Both the position numbers and the translations under genes were made by a program. A DNA stretch of 64,000 nt from Chloroflexota bacterium (GTDB lineage Bacteria; Chloroflexota; Anaerolineae; UBA1429), in contig JAYENT010000026.1 in assembly GCA_034722245.1 (NCBI GenBank), positions 461 through 64,460 of the forward strand, written 5' to 3'. The notes under the pieces were generated by a model. It was not told the origin of the DNA. It ran no database searches and saw only the letters and a program-made list of their open reading frames with translations. Shown one piece after another: positions 29,901 to 38,600 of this stretch. Within the stretch, counting starts at the first letter, position 1. Every line of letters starts with the position of its first letter.

Positions 29901-31360
29901 TAGGGCGCTCTGTCGTGGGCGGGATTCTGACCATCATCGCTCTGGGCGCTCTGGGAGTGATCAATACGTGGGATCTGCCCGCCTATGCGGCGCTTCTGGG
30001 GTGTGTATTGCTCTATTGTGGCTATATATACGGAGGATGGCGAGGAGCGTTGGCCGGCGGGGGCGCTTTCTCGGTCCTTTTTTTGCTTTCTTTGATCGCC
30101 TACGGGCCCTTCTACACCCACTATCGGGCCCAGTATGTGGGCTTGGGGATCGTCTCTCCGGGTGAGCGCACGCGCCTGGGGCCGTTTATGCTTATTTGGG
30201 GCTTTTACGTTTTTTTAACCATCTCTATGGCCTTTTTTTGGACGGGGCGGGCCTGGCCGTGGTCCCGTCTTGCCGCCTTGGTGCAAAGGCATGGACTGGC
30301 CCGCGTCATGCATCACCTTTGGACTTTACGAAGGGCAGGGACCGTGGCCTGGAGCATCTATTCTCTGTCGGTTGCGGCGTTGATGGCCGTGGGCATCTTT
30401 CTTGTCCTATCCGAGGTATGGCTATGGGCACTGCTTGTTCCCCTCGCAGGGTTAACGGGGCTGGCCGTCCTCTGCAGTGGGATGGATCGAGCCGCCTTTT
30501 TTCGGCGCCTGATGGCACTTGGGGCTTTTTGCATCCTCTGGTTGGTGGAAGTCTTTTACATGAAGGATTTCCTGGCCAGCTCCGAGTGGCGACGTATGAA
30601 TACCATCTTCAAGTTCTACATCCAGGCCTGGGTGTTGCTCGGTTTGGCTGTGGGCGGCACTTTGCCCATACTATGGGATAGGCTGAGGGGACACCTGGGC
30701 GCTGTGTGGAAGGGCGCCTTTCTCTTGGGGCTGTTCGCGTCTCTAGTGTACACGGCGTTGGCGATTCCCGCGCGGGTGACGCAGCGGTTTCTCGACGCCC
30801 AGCCGCCGACGGGCACCCTCGATGGCACGTCCTACATGAAGACGGCGGTCTACTCCTGGCCGGATGAGGAAGACGAGATCCACCTCAAGTACGACCGTCA
30901 GGCCATCGCCTGGCTCTGGGAGAATGTGCGGGGTACGCCAGTGCTCGCCGAGGCGCCGCTGGGATATTATCGAGAAGGGGGGCTGCGAGTCTGTTCCTAC
31001 ACCGGCTTGCCAATGATCATCGGCGCCCATGAGAATGAGCAGCGCCCCTGGGAGCAGTTGGGCTCGCGCCAGGAAGATGCGGAGGCCATTTTTCGAAGCA
31101 CGGATGTCGAGAGGGTGCAGGATCTCCTGGACAAGTATCGCGTGCGCTACATTTACGTGGGGCAACTGGAGCGCAACGCCTATGATGCGGCGGGGTTGGC
31201 CAAATTCGATGTCCTGGTAGATCAAGGGGCCATCACGCGCGTGTTCCACAACGCGGGAGTCGATATTTACAGAGTCGTGGAGGACAGGCTGTCTAAGAGA
31301 ACCGGGGCCCCATATTCGGAGATAGTTGTAAGGAGTTTTGGTCTGTGCTGCAGGTCCTGA
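23912..31360 (+). CDS. Giant (2482 aa) integral membrane protein: N-terminal GT-C-like module plus two tandem Chlor_Arch_YYY (DUF2298/TIGR03662) modules
   Basis: Single uninterrupted ORF; N-terminus HLHPDERFLTMVED...YEVWDDPLPLNIDGRL paralogous to the 18506 gene; two copies of PDLW(H/Q)P(V/W)(M/F)GGEK(P/M)M(D/E)(M/I)A(Y/F)LNAI(I/C)KS(T/A)H(F/M)PPYDP(W/Y)FA(G/D)GYINYYY(F/Y)G with YYYxG motif; each followed by conserved periplasmic tail GLP(T/M)I(V/I)G...YIYVG(E/Q)LE. Confidence 0.75.
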   Translation: MAPMTGEDKFVTWQDASHAVKTVWSRLGNLSSDRRMMLNLMIVILLIAGALRFTGIDWDENQHLHPDERFLTMVEDRLRWPSSFKEYLDSSVNPLSPYNQGHDYYTYGLLPVVVTKFIGEIVGETGYDSIYLVGRALNGVLDLFSIVLIFIMGKRLYDARVGLLGALFLAFSVLNIQSAHYFTVDTWVTFFVTLALFYAIRVAQGEGWGSVLAMAVAFGLATASKISVLPFLLVMGLAYTLRIWRRWQAHRGGDSSRLIHLRKQWGRFNILLRVEPDDECEPVTDGERLFFEILRGTLSFLVALVVAALVFRVAQPHAFTGPGLFNFKLNPTWKDDMSHISKLTSGEITWPPSYQWTGRTPVLFMLKNMVFWGLGLPLGIAAWVSWAFIGWEMYKKEKLTHLLPWMWMTFIFLYHSTQHVKTMRYLLPIYPTAAMVAAYGLIKLWDGARAWRVHYGPERRRIRWAVGVLILVVVLGTAFWAVAFTSIYTRPVTRVAASRWMYRNLPRGASVSYEVWDDPLPLNIDGRLASSYFDQVKMDLYAEDTPEKREKLYDWIERADYIVLSSNRLYKSIPRLPMRYPMTTRYYEALFSGELGFERTATFTSRPKLFGIEIVDDNAEEAFTVYDHPKVIIFRKRADFSMVRVRRLFEEYSLDRIVRMKPTQVTSAPNALMLSEEEWAVQRAGGTWSTIFSRNSLSNKFPTVTWLLALFYVGFAAFPLAFVAFWRMRDRGYLLSKTVGLLVMSYLAWLLPSLKVLPYSRGLIAGVLLGVSALSAVVGWVQRRPLLDFVRRRWRLLIVGELLFLAFFFLFWLIRFLNPDLWHPVMGGEKPMDMAYLNAIIKSTHFPPYDPWFAGGYINYYYFGWVVAATLIKLTAIVPSVAYNLAIPTFFALMAMGSTSVVFNLIPAGEDEDGWFPRALGYGLVGALLVAVAGNLGELQLLWNGFKELGSRVSFESTIPGLVTLVQVVRGLWAWVAQGERLPFRSEWWYWNASRIMKHGEINEFPFFSFLYADLHAHLTAMPFAICALALASNFVVEPVRCLFGPADDEEEGDKSEGTHAEDVEGIPVETRAPFLPGVVRSVLHFLQGLSSCIHWPMIASLTLLALILGELWCNNSWDFPTYAGVSVVALAIGSYAEADRINKKVVAHFALRVACVLALSMLFFLPYHANYGLAYSSVDLWKGERTSIGSYLIIHGTFLFILASYLLVLLFDRRRRNGIVRAIRLFLQAWERRRRALHLYDLLVRCPKLGYELGWLGLVVLGIVLLIFFLKQAWILLLAAPILALALSVVLFTRVRAERRFQAALVGIGLLLTLAVEYIVLKGDIGRMNTVFKFSLQVWIMWGVVGGAALAYLIPRHWAWPSRVRSVWRKMLIFLLIGVSLYPLCGTYGKVRDRWNPDLPPGLDGMRFMTGAHYRDNNRDLALEYDYRAIRWMQEHIKGSPVIAEANTPLYRWGSRVSVYTGLPTIVGWDWHQKQQRAAVGSQVVDWRLEDLRLLYNTPDPVMAANILECYQVGYIYVGELEKAYYDTQGLAKFGRMVGSTLEVAYRQGPVTIYRVKGSGAGLVSSDPGGESLWNTAKRWFAKRWLPGVVRAEEPQKRPLGGLQAMVGEPSLMLDKPVDQLPVVDDRGWNGLAANRTIFALFSWWVVLQLLGLIALPLVGYAFSPLPDGGYYLSKGIGLLLVSYLVWLGTSLHVVANRPHVAWAALLSAGGCSFFLWWRHRRRLRRAWRRQRRLILVEEGLFSIAFLLFVGLRLLNPDLWQPWFGGEKMMEIAFLNAICKSAHMPPYDPYFADGYINYYYYGQFIVATLIKLTGVFPRVAFNLAVPTFFGLTVSHVFGVSYGLVALGEEGVEETGRAEDDAGTAGIAPRASPISSRGLWAGIGAVVLVAVMGNLSGILQVLEWLARAGGASFPEGHVAWADIPYIIPGLVHTIRQGIPLHFEYWYYGTRIIPHTINEFPFFTFLFADLHPHLMGIPFTILVVGLAASLLWSKRRPLGRSVVGGILTIIALGALGVINTWDLPAYAALLGCVLLYCGYIYGGWRGALAGGGAFSVLFLLSLIAYGPFYTHYRAQYVGLGIVSPGERTRLGPFMLIWGFYVFLTISMAFFWTGRAWPWSRLAALVQRHGLARVMHHLWTLRRAGTVAWSIYSLSVAALMAVGIFLVLSEVWLWALLVPLAGLTGLAVLCSGMDRAAFFRRLMALGAFCILWLVEVFYMKDFLASSEWRRMNTIFKFYIQAWVLLGLAVGGTLPILWDRLRGHLGAVWKGAFLLGLFASLVYTALAIPARVTQRFLDAQPPTGTLDGTSYMKTAVYSWPDEEDEIHLKYDRQAIAWLWENVRGTPVLAEAPLGYYREGGLRVCSYTGLPMIIGAHENEQRPWEQLGSRQEDAEAIFRSTDVERVQDLLDKYRVRYIYVGQLERNAYDAAGLAKFDVLVDQGAITRVFHNAGVDIYRVVEDRLSKRTGAPYSEIVVRSFGLCCRS

Positions 31361-33747
31361 TCTGGTGGCTCGTCCTTCAAGTGATAGGCTTGCTCGCTTT
31401 GCCCATCACGTTGCGACTCCTGCGCTTCCTGCCCGACCACGGATTCGGGTTCTCCCGTCAAGTGGGACTGATCCTGTCGGCGTTTGCTTTCTGGCTGTTG
31501 GTGACTTTGGGGATCCTGCAAAATACCACGTCGTGCATCGTGTTTGTGTTGCTGCTTATGGGGGGCTTTTCCGCCTATCTGTGGTCGAAAGATGGGGAAT
31601 GGATGTTGGCCGCTCTGGGGGAGCGAAAGCGCGTTCTCCTCATCACAGAATGTGTCTTTATTGTGGGACTGGCCGGCTTTGCTTTGTTTCGCGCCTATAA
31701 CCCTGACATTGCAGGCACGGAAAAGCCCATGGAGTTCGCTTTCATAAATGGCATTCTGCGCAGCCGCACCTTTCCCCCGAACGACCCCTGGCTGTCAGGC
31801 TATGCCATCAGTTATTATTACTTTGGTTACGTCATGACGGCCATGCTGACCAAGCTCTCGGGAGTGCCCAGCGAGATCGCCTTCAACTTTATGGGCAGTA
31901 CCCTGTTTGCCCTCACCCTGAGCGGATCCTTCAGCCTCGTGTACAACATGGCACAGGCACACCTTGATCGACAGGACGGCGGCGTAACGAAGAACACCTC
32001 TTCCGTATCGGGAACTGCCGTGGGTGCCGGTTTTTTAGGGGTAGTCCTTGTGGCACTGATGGGCAATCTGGAGGGCGTCTTTGAGCTGCTGCGCGCCCAT
32101 GGTGCGGGGTCGGAGGCTCTGTGGCAGTGGTTGGACATAAAGAATCTACACGCCACGGCGCAGAGTGCCACGTGGTATCCCGACGATACCTGGTGGTGGT
32201 GGCGCGCATCCCGCGTCATCCATGACGTGGATGCGGCCGGCCGCTCCATGGAGGTTATCGACGAGTTTCCCTTTTTCAGCTTTCTTTTGGGGGACAACCA
32301 TCCCCACGTGCTCGCGTTGCCCTTTGTGTTGCTGGCGCTGGCGTTGGCCCTCAACCTCGTGCTGAATGGGTCGCGACAGGGTAAGGCACGATCCGATGCG
32401 GAGGAGGAGAGGGGCCTCTGGGAACGAGTTGTCGCCTTCTTTTTAAATCTCTGGCCCGGCGACACCCTGGAGTTCGTGCTCTATTCTATGATCGTAGGGG
32501 GCCTGGGCTTCCTCAATACCTGGGACTATCCGATCTATCTGGGGATTCTGGTTCTGGTCTATGCCATGCGCCATCAGGCAGAAGTGGAATTTGGCCAACA
32601 GTGGCTGTTGGACGTGCTTGCCGTCTTTGGGGCGCTGCTCTTCACGGGCATCCTTTCCTATCTCCCCTTTTACATAAGCTTTCGCTCTCAGGCCGGAGGC
32701 ATCGGCTGGGTGGGGGCGATCAAGACCCGTCTTCACCAATACCTGATCATGATGGGCGTCTTTGTTTCCATACAGATCGGTTTTCTGCTCTCCCTTGTAA
32801 CCCATCGGCGGAGGAAGGGTGTGGTTGAGGGGCCGCCCTCGTTGGCGAAATGGGTTGCCGGTCTGATGGCGCTCTTTGTGCTGTTTTGTCTGTTTCAGCG
32901 GTGGTGGACGGGCGCTTTCATATGGGCTATCGTGGCCCCCGCGGCTGCCCTCTGGCTGTGGGGCAGTCGGGACGGGTGGGGCGAACCCCTTTCGCCCACT
33001 ATGTCCTTTGCGCTCCTGTTGGTCGCGGTGGGTTTCGCGCTGACCGGAAGCGTGGAGTTCATCTTTCTGCGGGATACGTTCGGTACGCGCATGAACACCA
33101 TCTTCAAATTCTATTACCAGGCTTGGGTGCTGCTCGCTGTTTCCTCTGCCTATGGCCTGTTCCACGTGCTACACCGGTGGGAGCGATTGCGCTCCATGCT
33201 GGGGCGGGTTGCCACGGGAGCATGGTTGGCCGTATCGGGGGTGCTTGTACTGGCTGGGCTGAGCTACACGGTGGCCGCCATATCCAGTAAGGCCGGCGGT
33301 TTTCGGGGCCAGCCAACGCTCGATGGCACGCGCTATGTGCGCCAGTATCGGGAAGCAGACTATGAGGCCATCCAGTGGCTAAAAGCTAATGCTCCGGCAG
33401 GGAGCGTGCTACTGGAAGCCCCAGGAGGCTCCTATTCGGAGTACAACTGGGTCTCCGCGCATACGGGGATACCCACCGTGCTGGGGTGGGGCGGACACGA
33501 ACTGCAGTGGCGAGGAAACTATGATGAGGCCGGGCGGCGAGAGCCGGATATCGCCGCTATCTACCAGAGTCTCGACAAGGCGCAGAAGCGGCAGCTACTT
33601 GAGAAATACGACGTGGATTTCGTATACGTTGGCCCGCTGGAGAGAGAAAAGTACGGCCTGAACCTGGCCATGATCGGTGCTTTTGACGGTTTCATGCAGC
33701 GCTGTTACGAGGGGAAGGGCGTCATCATCTACTGCTGGTCGCCCTGA
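31345..33747 (+). CDS. Chlor_Arch_YYY (DUF2298) membrane protein, single-module form
   Basis: GTG start with AAGGAG SD, overlaps giant-gene stop by 16 nt; PDIAGTEKPMEFAFINGILRSRTFPPNDPWLSGYAISYYYFG; C-terminal tail GIPTVLGWGGHELQWRG...VDFVYVGPLEREKYG is homologous to the two tails in the giant protein. Confidence 0.7.
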   Translation: MLQVLIWWLVLQVIGLLALPITLRLLRFLPDHGFGFSRQVGLILSAFAFWLLVTLGILQNTTSCIVFVLLLMGGFSAYLWSKDGEWMLAALGERKRVLLITECVFIVGLAGFALFRAYNPDIAGTEKPMEFAFINGILRSRTFPPNDPWLSGYAISYYYFGYVMTAMLTKLSGVPSEIAFNFMGSTLFALTLSGSFSLVYNMAQAHLDRQDGGVTKNTSSVSGTAVGAGFLGVVLVALMGNLEGVFELLRAHGAGSEALWQWLDIKNLHATAQSATWYPDDTWWWWRASRVIHDVDAAGRSMEVIDEFPFFSFLLGDNHPHVLALPFVLLALALALNLVLNGSRQGKARSDAEEERGLWERVVAFFLNLWPGDTLEFVLYSMIVGGLGFLNTWDYPIYLGILVLVYAMRHQAEVEFGQQWLLDVLAVFGALLFTGILSYLPFYISFRSQAGGIGWVGAIKTRLHQYLIMMGVFVSIQIGFLLSLVTHRRRKGVVEGPPSLAKWVAGLMALFVLFCLFQRWWTGAFIWAIVAPAAALWLWGSRDGWGEPLSPTMSFALLLVAVGFALTGSVEFIFLRDTFGTRMNTIFKFYYQAWVLLAVSSAYGLFHVLHRWERLRSMLGRVATGAWLAVSGVLVLAGLSYTVAAISSKAGGFRGQPTLDGTRYVRQYREADYEAIQWLKANAPAGSVLLEAPGGSYSEYNWVSAHTGIPTVLGWGGHELQWRGNYDEAGRREPDIAAIYQSLDKAQKRQLLEKYDVDFVYVGPLEREKYGLNLAMIGAFDGFMQRCYEGKGVIIYCWSP

Positions 33748-33784
33748 GATGTGAAGTCGTGTACTGCGAGGAGGCGTGCGGGTG

Positions 33785-33793
33785 TGTTATAAT
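33785..33793 (+). promoter_or_regulatory. Possible extended -10 promoter element (TGtTATAAT)
   Basis: TGTTATAAT at 33785-33793, 50 nt upstream of the 33843 start; no good -35. Confidence 0.3.
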
Positions 33794-33842
33794 CTCGGTG
33801 ATTCCTACGCATTGGACTGGCAATTCGCGTATCGGCTAGGAG

Positions 33843-35657
33843 GTGAATGAGCCGCTCATGGCCGTCAATTCCACCGGGTTACGCTCATGGTCTCCTTCCT
33901 CTTTTGAGGAGGTGGCTTCTGGTATAGCAAGGGGTATCACGGAGCATGGCGTGGTGCCCCGGTCGCTGACCGTCGAGGTCGCGCTGTACGGGCTCATCAC
34001 CTTTGCCGCCTTGATAGTACGGTTGGCGGCGCTGGGGCGCTGGCCCCTTTTGGAGAACGAGGCGCACACAGCGCTGGCAGCATGGCGCGCTCTGCAAGGG
34101 GCGCCGCCCGTGCGTGCTTTTGACTATGTCCCGCTGCTTTACGATGCGAACCTGCTGCTCTTTGCCCTATCACAGGCCTCAGACGCGGCCGTGCGTCTGC
34201 TGCCCGCTTTCATGGGGGCTGCCCTTGTACTGCTTCCTTATTTCTGCCGGGATGTGTTGGGGCGTCAGGGAAGCCTGCTGGCTTCTCTGTTGCTCGCCTT
34301 CGCGCCTACGTGGGTCTTTTTCTCACGCACGGCAGAGGGGGCCATCCTCATCGCCACCTTGAGTGGGGTCATATTGCTCTCGGTCAGTCGCTATCTACAG
34401 GAGGGCCATGCAGGCCGTTTGCAGTTGGCTTTTGTCGCCCTGGGATTGGGACTGACCGCCGGGCCGGGGATGTACACCTTCTTGCTCTATGCTTTCCTGT
34501 ACGGCGGCGTGTGGTGGCTTACTCAGCGTGATGATGTCCCCCGCAACCGCCTGCGGAGATTGCTCGAAGGGGCTTTCACTAGACGCAATGTCCTGAGTCT
34601 TGTAGGAACATTCCTCCTTTTCGGCAGCGCCTTCCTGACCAACCCTGGTGGCATTGGGGCTAGTGTCAATCTGGGCGGTCAGTGGGTACGTGCGCTGTCC
34701 TCCGAGGCGGATTTGTCGTCCCTCGCCCTCGTGAAGACGTTGCTGACGTACGAGTTCTTGACCATGGCCCTTGCCCTTGTGGGTCTCGTGTGGGGGCTGC
34801 GGCAAAAGGACACTGTCACCCTTTTTCTGGCTTTGTGGATTTTTTGGGGACTGTTGCTGAGCATCCCCTTGGGGCACCGTGAACCACGCTGGCTACCCAA
34901 TTTACTGTTGCCACTGGTCATCCTGGCGGCGAGGGGGTTTCAGTATCTTTGGGATCACGTGCTCGCTGGCGCAGGTTGGGACGAGGGGATAGCATTTTGG
35001 GTGATGGTTGCTTTGACGGCCTTTGGTTTCCTGGAACTCTTTGCTTTTACACATACGGCGCAAGAGAGGTATCTCTTCTACGCTGCCGGAGGCTGCTTGA
35101 TGCTGTTGGCTATGTGGGTCGCGTGCTGGTTTTGGCTTGGTCGCCGTGGGGCCTTGGCCGTCGGCGCGGGACTCCTGCTGTTGTCCATGGGTATCATGAC
35201 TATCAGGGCTTCTACGGCGGTAGCTTACCAGACTGGACGCGATGCGAGGGAGGGATTGGTTTATCGTCCCGCGTCCATGCAACTGCGTTTACTGGAGCGC
35301 TTTTTGCTTGACCTCTCCAGTCGCCGAACGGGAGGGCTGCATGCTCTGGACATCGACTACGAGGAAGCGTTGGATCCCTGGATGAGTTGGTATCTGCGCG
35401 ATTATCCCAACGCGCGTTCCGTGCCACTTGCCGATTCCCAGACGGCGACGAGCGCCCTCATCACCAGTGAGCGCTCAGAAAAACAGTGGCCCGCGGGCTA
35501 TGCGGGACAGCGCTTCTATCTTTGGGAGCATCACCCGGCGCAGGACCTTTCGGGGCGGCAGTGGCTGCGGTGGTTTTTCTATCGCGATGCTGTGGGGACC
35601 ATAGAGGCCAGACAAGTTCAAGTGTGGATACGTCTTGGTGGAGATGGTGAGCAATAG
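33843..35657 (+). CDS. Polytopic membrane protein, TIGR03663-like (GT-C-related family co-occurring with YYY proteins)
   Basis: About 12 TM segments (LTAGPGMYTFLLYAFLYGGVWWL etc.) with a C-terminal soluble segment; N-terminal region similar in organisation to the N-terminal part of the 35679 protein. Confidence 0.5.
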   Translation: MNEPLMAVNSTGLRSWSPSSFEEVASGIARGITEHGVVPRSLTVEVALYGLITFAALIVRLAALGRWPLLENEAHTALAAWRALQGAPPVRAFDYVPLLYDANLLLFALSQASDAAVRLLPAFMGAALVLLPYFCRDVLGRQGSLLASLLLAFAPTWVFFSRTAEGAILIATLSGVILLSVSRYLQEGHAGRLQLAFVALGLGLTAGPGMYTFLLYAFLYGGVWWLTQRDDVPRNRLRRLLEGAFTRRNVLSLVGTFLLFGSAFLTNPGGIGASVNLGGQWVRALSSEADLSSLALVKTLLTYEFLTMALALVGLVWGLRQKDTVTLFLALWIFWGLLLSIPLGHREPRWLPNLLLPLVILAARGFQYLWDHVLAGAGWDEGIAFWVMVALTAFGFLELFAFTHTAQERYLFYAAGGCLMLLAMWVACWFWLGRRGALAVGAGLLLLSMGIMTIRASTAVAYQTGRDAREGLVYRPASMQLRLLERFLLDLSSRRTGGLHALDIDYEEALDPWMSWYLRDYPNARSVPLADSQTATSALITSERSEKQWPAGYAGQRFYLWEHHPAQDLSGRQWLRWFFYRDAVGTIEARQVQVWIRLGGDGEQ

Positions 35658-35678
35658 ACTGAAGGAGAGAGCACGCGA

Positions 35679-38600
35679 ATGAGCGAGAAAAAAGAGATCG
35701 CTTTTCTGGACAGGCCCATTATAGGAGACAGGATCGCGTGGTGGAAGGTGATATATGCCCTTCTCATACTTTTTGTCGTGTTTACCCGTTTGTGGGCCCT
35801 GGCCCCCCGTGGTTACAGCCACGATGAGAGCATTCATGCCTGGGAATCCTGGAAGCTGATTACAGGACAGGGATACAGTCATGATCCCACCTATCATGGC
35901 CCCTTTCTCTATCATTTCACGGCTTTTATTTTCGGCCTATTTGGGCACAATGACTATACGGCGCGCCTGAGTCCTGCGCTCTTTGGCATTGCGCTGGCCG
36001 TTCTGCCACTCCTGCTGAAAAAGTGGTTGGGCAAAAAGGGCGTCCCGGCAGCGACTTTTTTGATAGCCATCTCGCCCGTGATGATGCATCGCTCCCGTTT
36101 TCTGCGCCATGACGTATACGTCGCCGTCTTCAATTTGTTGCTGTTCATCAGCTCGCTTCGCTATCTGGATCAACGCAAGACCAAGGACCTTTATTTGGTG
36201 GCCGCGGCGACCTCTTTGGGTTTCTGCGCCAAGGAGACCACCTTTATCACCTATTTCATCTTTGGCACTTTTTGGGCCCTTCTTTTTCTTTCCCAATGGC
36301 TGCGCGAGCGCACGCGCCCCTGGCGCGAACTGCCCGTTTTCGACCTGATTATCGTCATGGGCACCCTCATTTTGCCTTTGGCCTCTCCTTTTCTCATCAG
36401 GGTGCTGGGAGGCGACCCGCTGGACTATACACAGCAGGGCATCCTTTTCTCTGGAGCCATATTCCTGGTGGTCTTGGGCATCTCTGCGGCCATCGGCTTC
36501 TGGTGGGACTGGCGCCGCTGGCTGGTGTGTGCGGGGATATTCTATGGCATCTTTGTGCCACTATTCACTACGATGTTTACTAACGGGCGGGGCTTTGCCA
36601 CGGGGACGGTGGGCCAGTTGGGATATTGGCTCTCCCAGCAGGGCGTGAGACGTGGCGATCAACCGCCCTACTACTACTTGGTACTGATGCCCATGTACGA
36701 GTTTCTTCCCCTGCTCGGGGCTATCGGCGGGGGTATATACTTTTTCTCTAAAAGGTCTCAGGACGAGGAAGCGGTAGAGGATGCTCCCACGGGAATTCCC
36801 TTCGTACCCATGCTCCTCTATTGGAGCGTGTTGGCCTTTGTGATCTATAGCTGGGCCGGGGAAAAGATGCCGTGGTTGACCATGCACCTGGCCCTCCCTC
36901 TCCAGCTCTTGGCCGGCTGGGCTATCGGTCGCCTGTTTGATGCGGATTGGGGCGAACTGCGTGAGAAAGGCGCGCTGTGGCTTCTTTTGCTTATTCCCCT
37001 TTTCATCTATGTGATACTACGACTTCTTAATCTCAATCCCTCGGCGGGCACGACAAGACAGGAGTTAAGCGAGACCATGGCCTGGTTGACCTCCCTGCTC
37101 GTCGGTCTGGGGCTCGTGGTTGCCATCTCGCGGATTCTTTACAGACTGAGTGGGGGGCAGCGATGGCGGATCGGTTTGGTGTCCCTTTTCATCATTCTCA
37201 GTATGCTGACGGTGCGCTTCGCTTGGATGGCATCCTTTGTCAACGCCGATCTGCCTACCGAGTTTCTGGTCTATGCTCAGGGCACGCCCGACGTGGCGCT
37301 GGTGGCGAAGGAGATCGAAGAGATGTCGCGCCGGCTGACCGGGGGCTTGCACATGAAGGTGGCCTACGATGATGACTCCAGTTGGCCCTTTGTCTGGTAT
37401 CTGCGCAAGTTCGACAATGCCCAGTTTTATGGTCAAGAGCCGGCAGGCCCTTTTGATGCCGAGGTAGTTCTCGTCGGGCCGCCTAACGAATCAGCGGTCA
37501 AGCCCCTGTTGGGCAACGATTACTATCGGCGGCAGTATCGGCTCATATGGTGGCCCAACCAGGATTGGTACATGAGTCCGGAATTGAAGAGCATTCGGCA
37601 GGGGATGAAGGAGAAGAGGATTGCGGGCAAGCTGTCGGATCTCTTATTATATTTGAAGACGATGCTGAAAAAGATTTGGCGGGTGGTCAGAGACAAGTCG
37701 GCGCGTCAGAATCTCTGGGATGTCTTCTTTTATCGCGAATACGAAGCCTCTTTGACCTCCTGGCCCCACGTGCACAAGTTCGCCTTGTACGTGCGGCGAG
37801 ACGTGGCGCAGCAGTTGTGGGACTATGGGCCCGAGGTGCTCACGGCGGCGGAGCCTCTGCCCGGGGACGAATACGTGGAGAAATGGGAGCAGATCATGGC
37901 GACCGACGCCTTTGGTTCGTCGGGCAGTGGGCCGGGGCAATTGAATAGGCCAAAGGGCATTGGCGTGGACGAGGACGGGAATGTCTATGTGGCGGATACC
38001 CACAATCATCGTATTCAAGTATTCGACGGGGATGGCCAATTCTTGCGCCAGTGGGGGGCGGAAGGCAATCAGTCTGGTCAGTTCAAGGAGCCGTGGGGTG
38101 TGACGGTGGGCCCCGAGGGGGACATCTACATCGCCGACACATGGAATCATCGCATACAGGTGTTTGATGTTCGGGGACAGCTCAAGCGAGTCTGGGGAAC
38201 CTTTGGTGAGGTAAAAGATCCCATGGGCTCTGGCGATCTTTTGTATGGTCCTCGTGATCTCGTCGTCGATGCAGAGGGGAATCTCTACGTCACCGATACG
38301 GGAAACAAGCGCGTGATCAAGTATGATGCCGAGGGCAATATGATCAAGGCCGTCGGAGGCGCCGGGAGTGAAGAGGGGCAGATGCAGGAGCCGGTGGGAC
38401 TTGCCTTGTCCCCGGAAGGCGATCTGTACGTGGCCGATACCTGGAATCAGCGCATTCAGGTCTTTGATAAAGACTTGGATTTCCTGCGCAGTTGGCCAGT
38501 ATACGCCTGGGAGGGCATGTCGGTGCTCAACAAGCCCTACTTGGCAGTGGATGCTGAGGGTAATGTCTATGCCACTGATCCGGAGGGCTATCGCGTGCTC

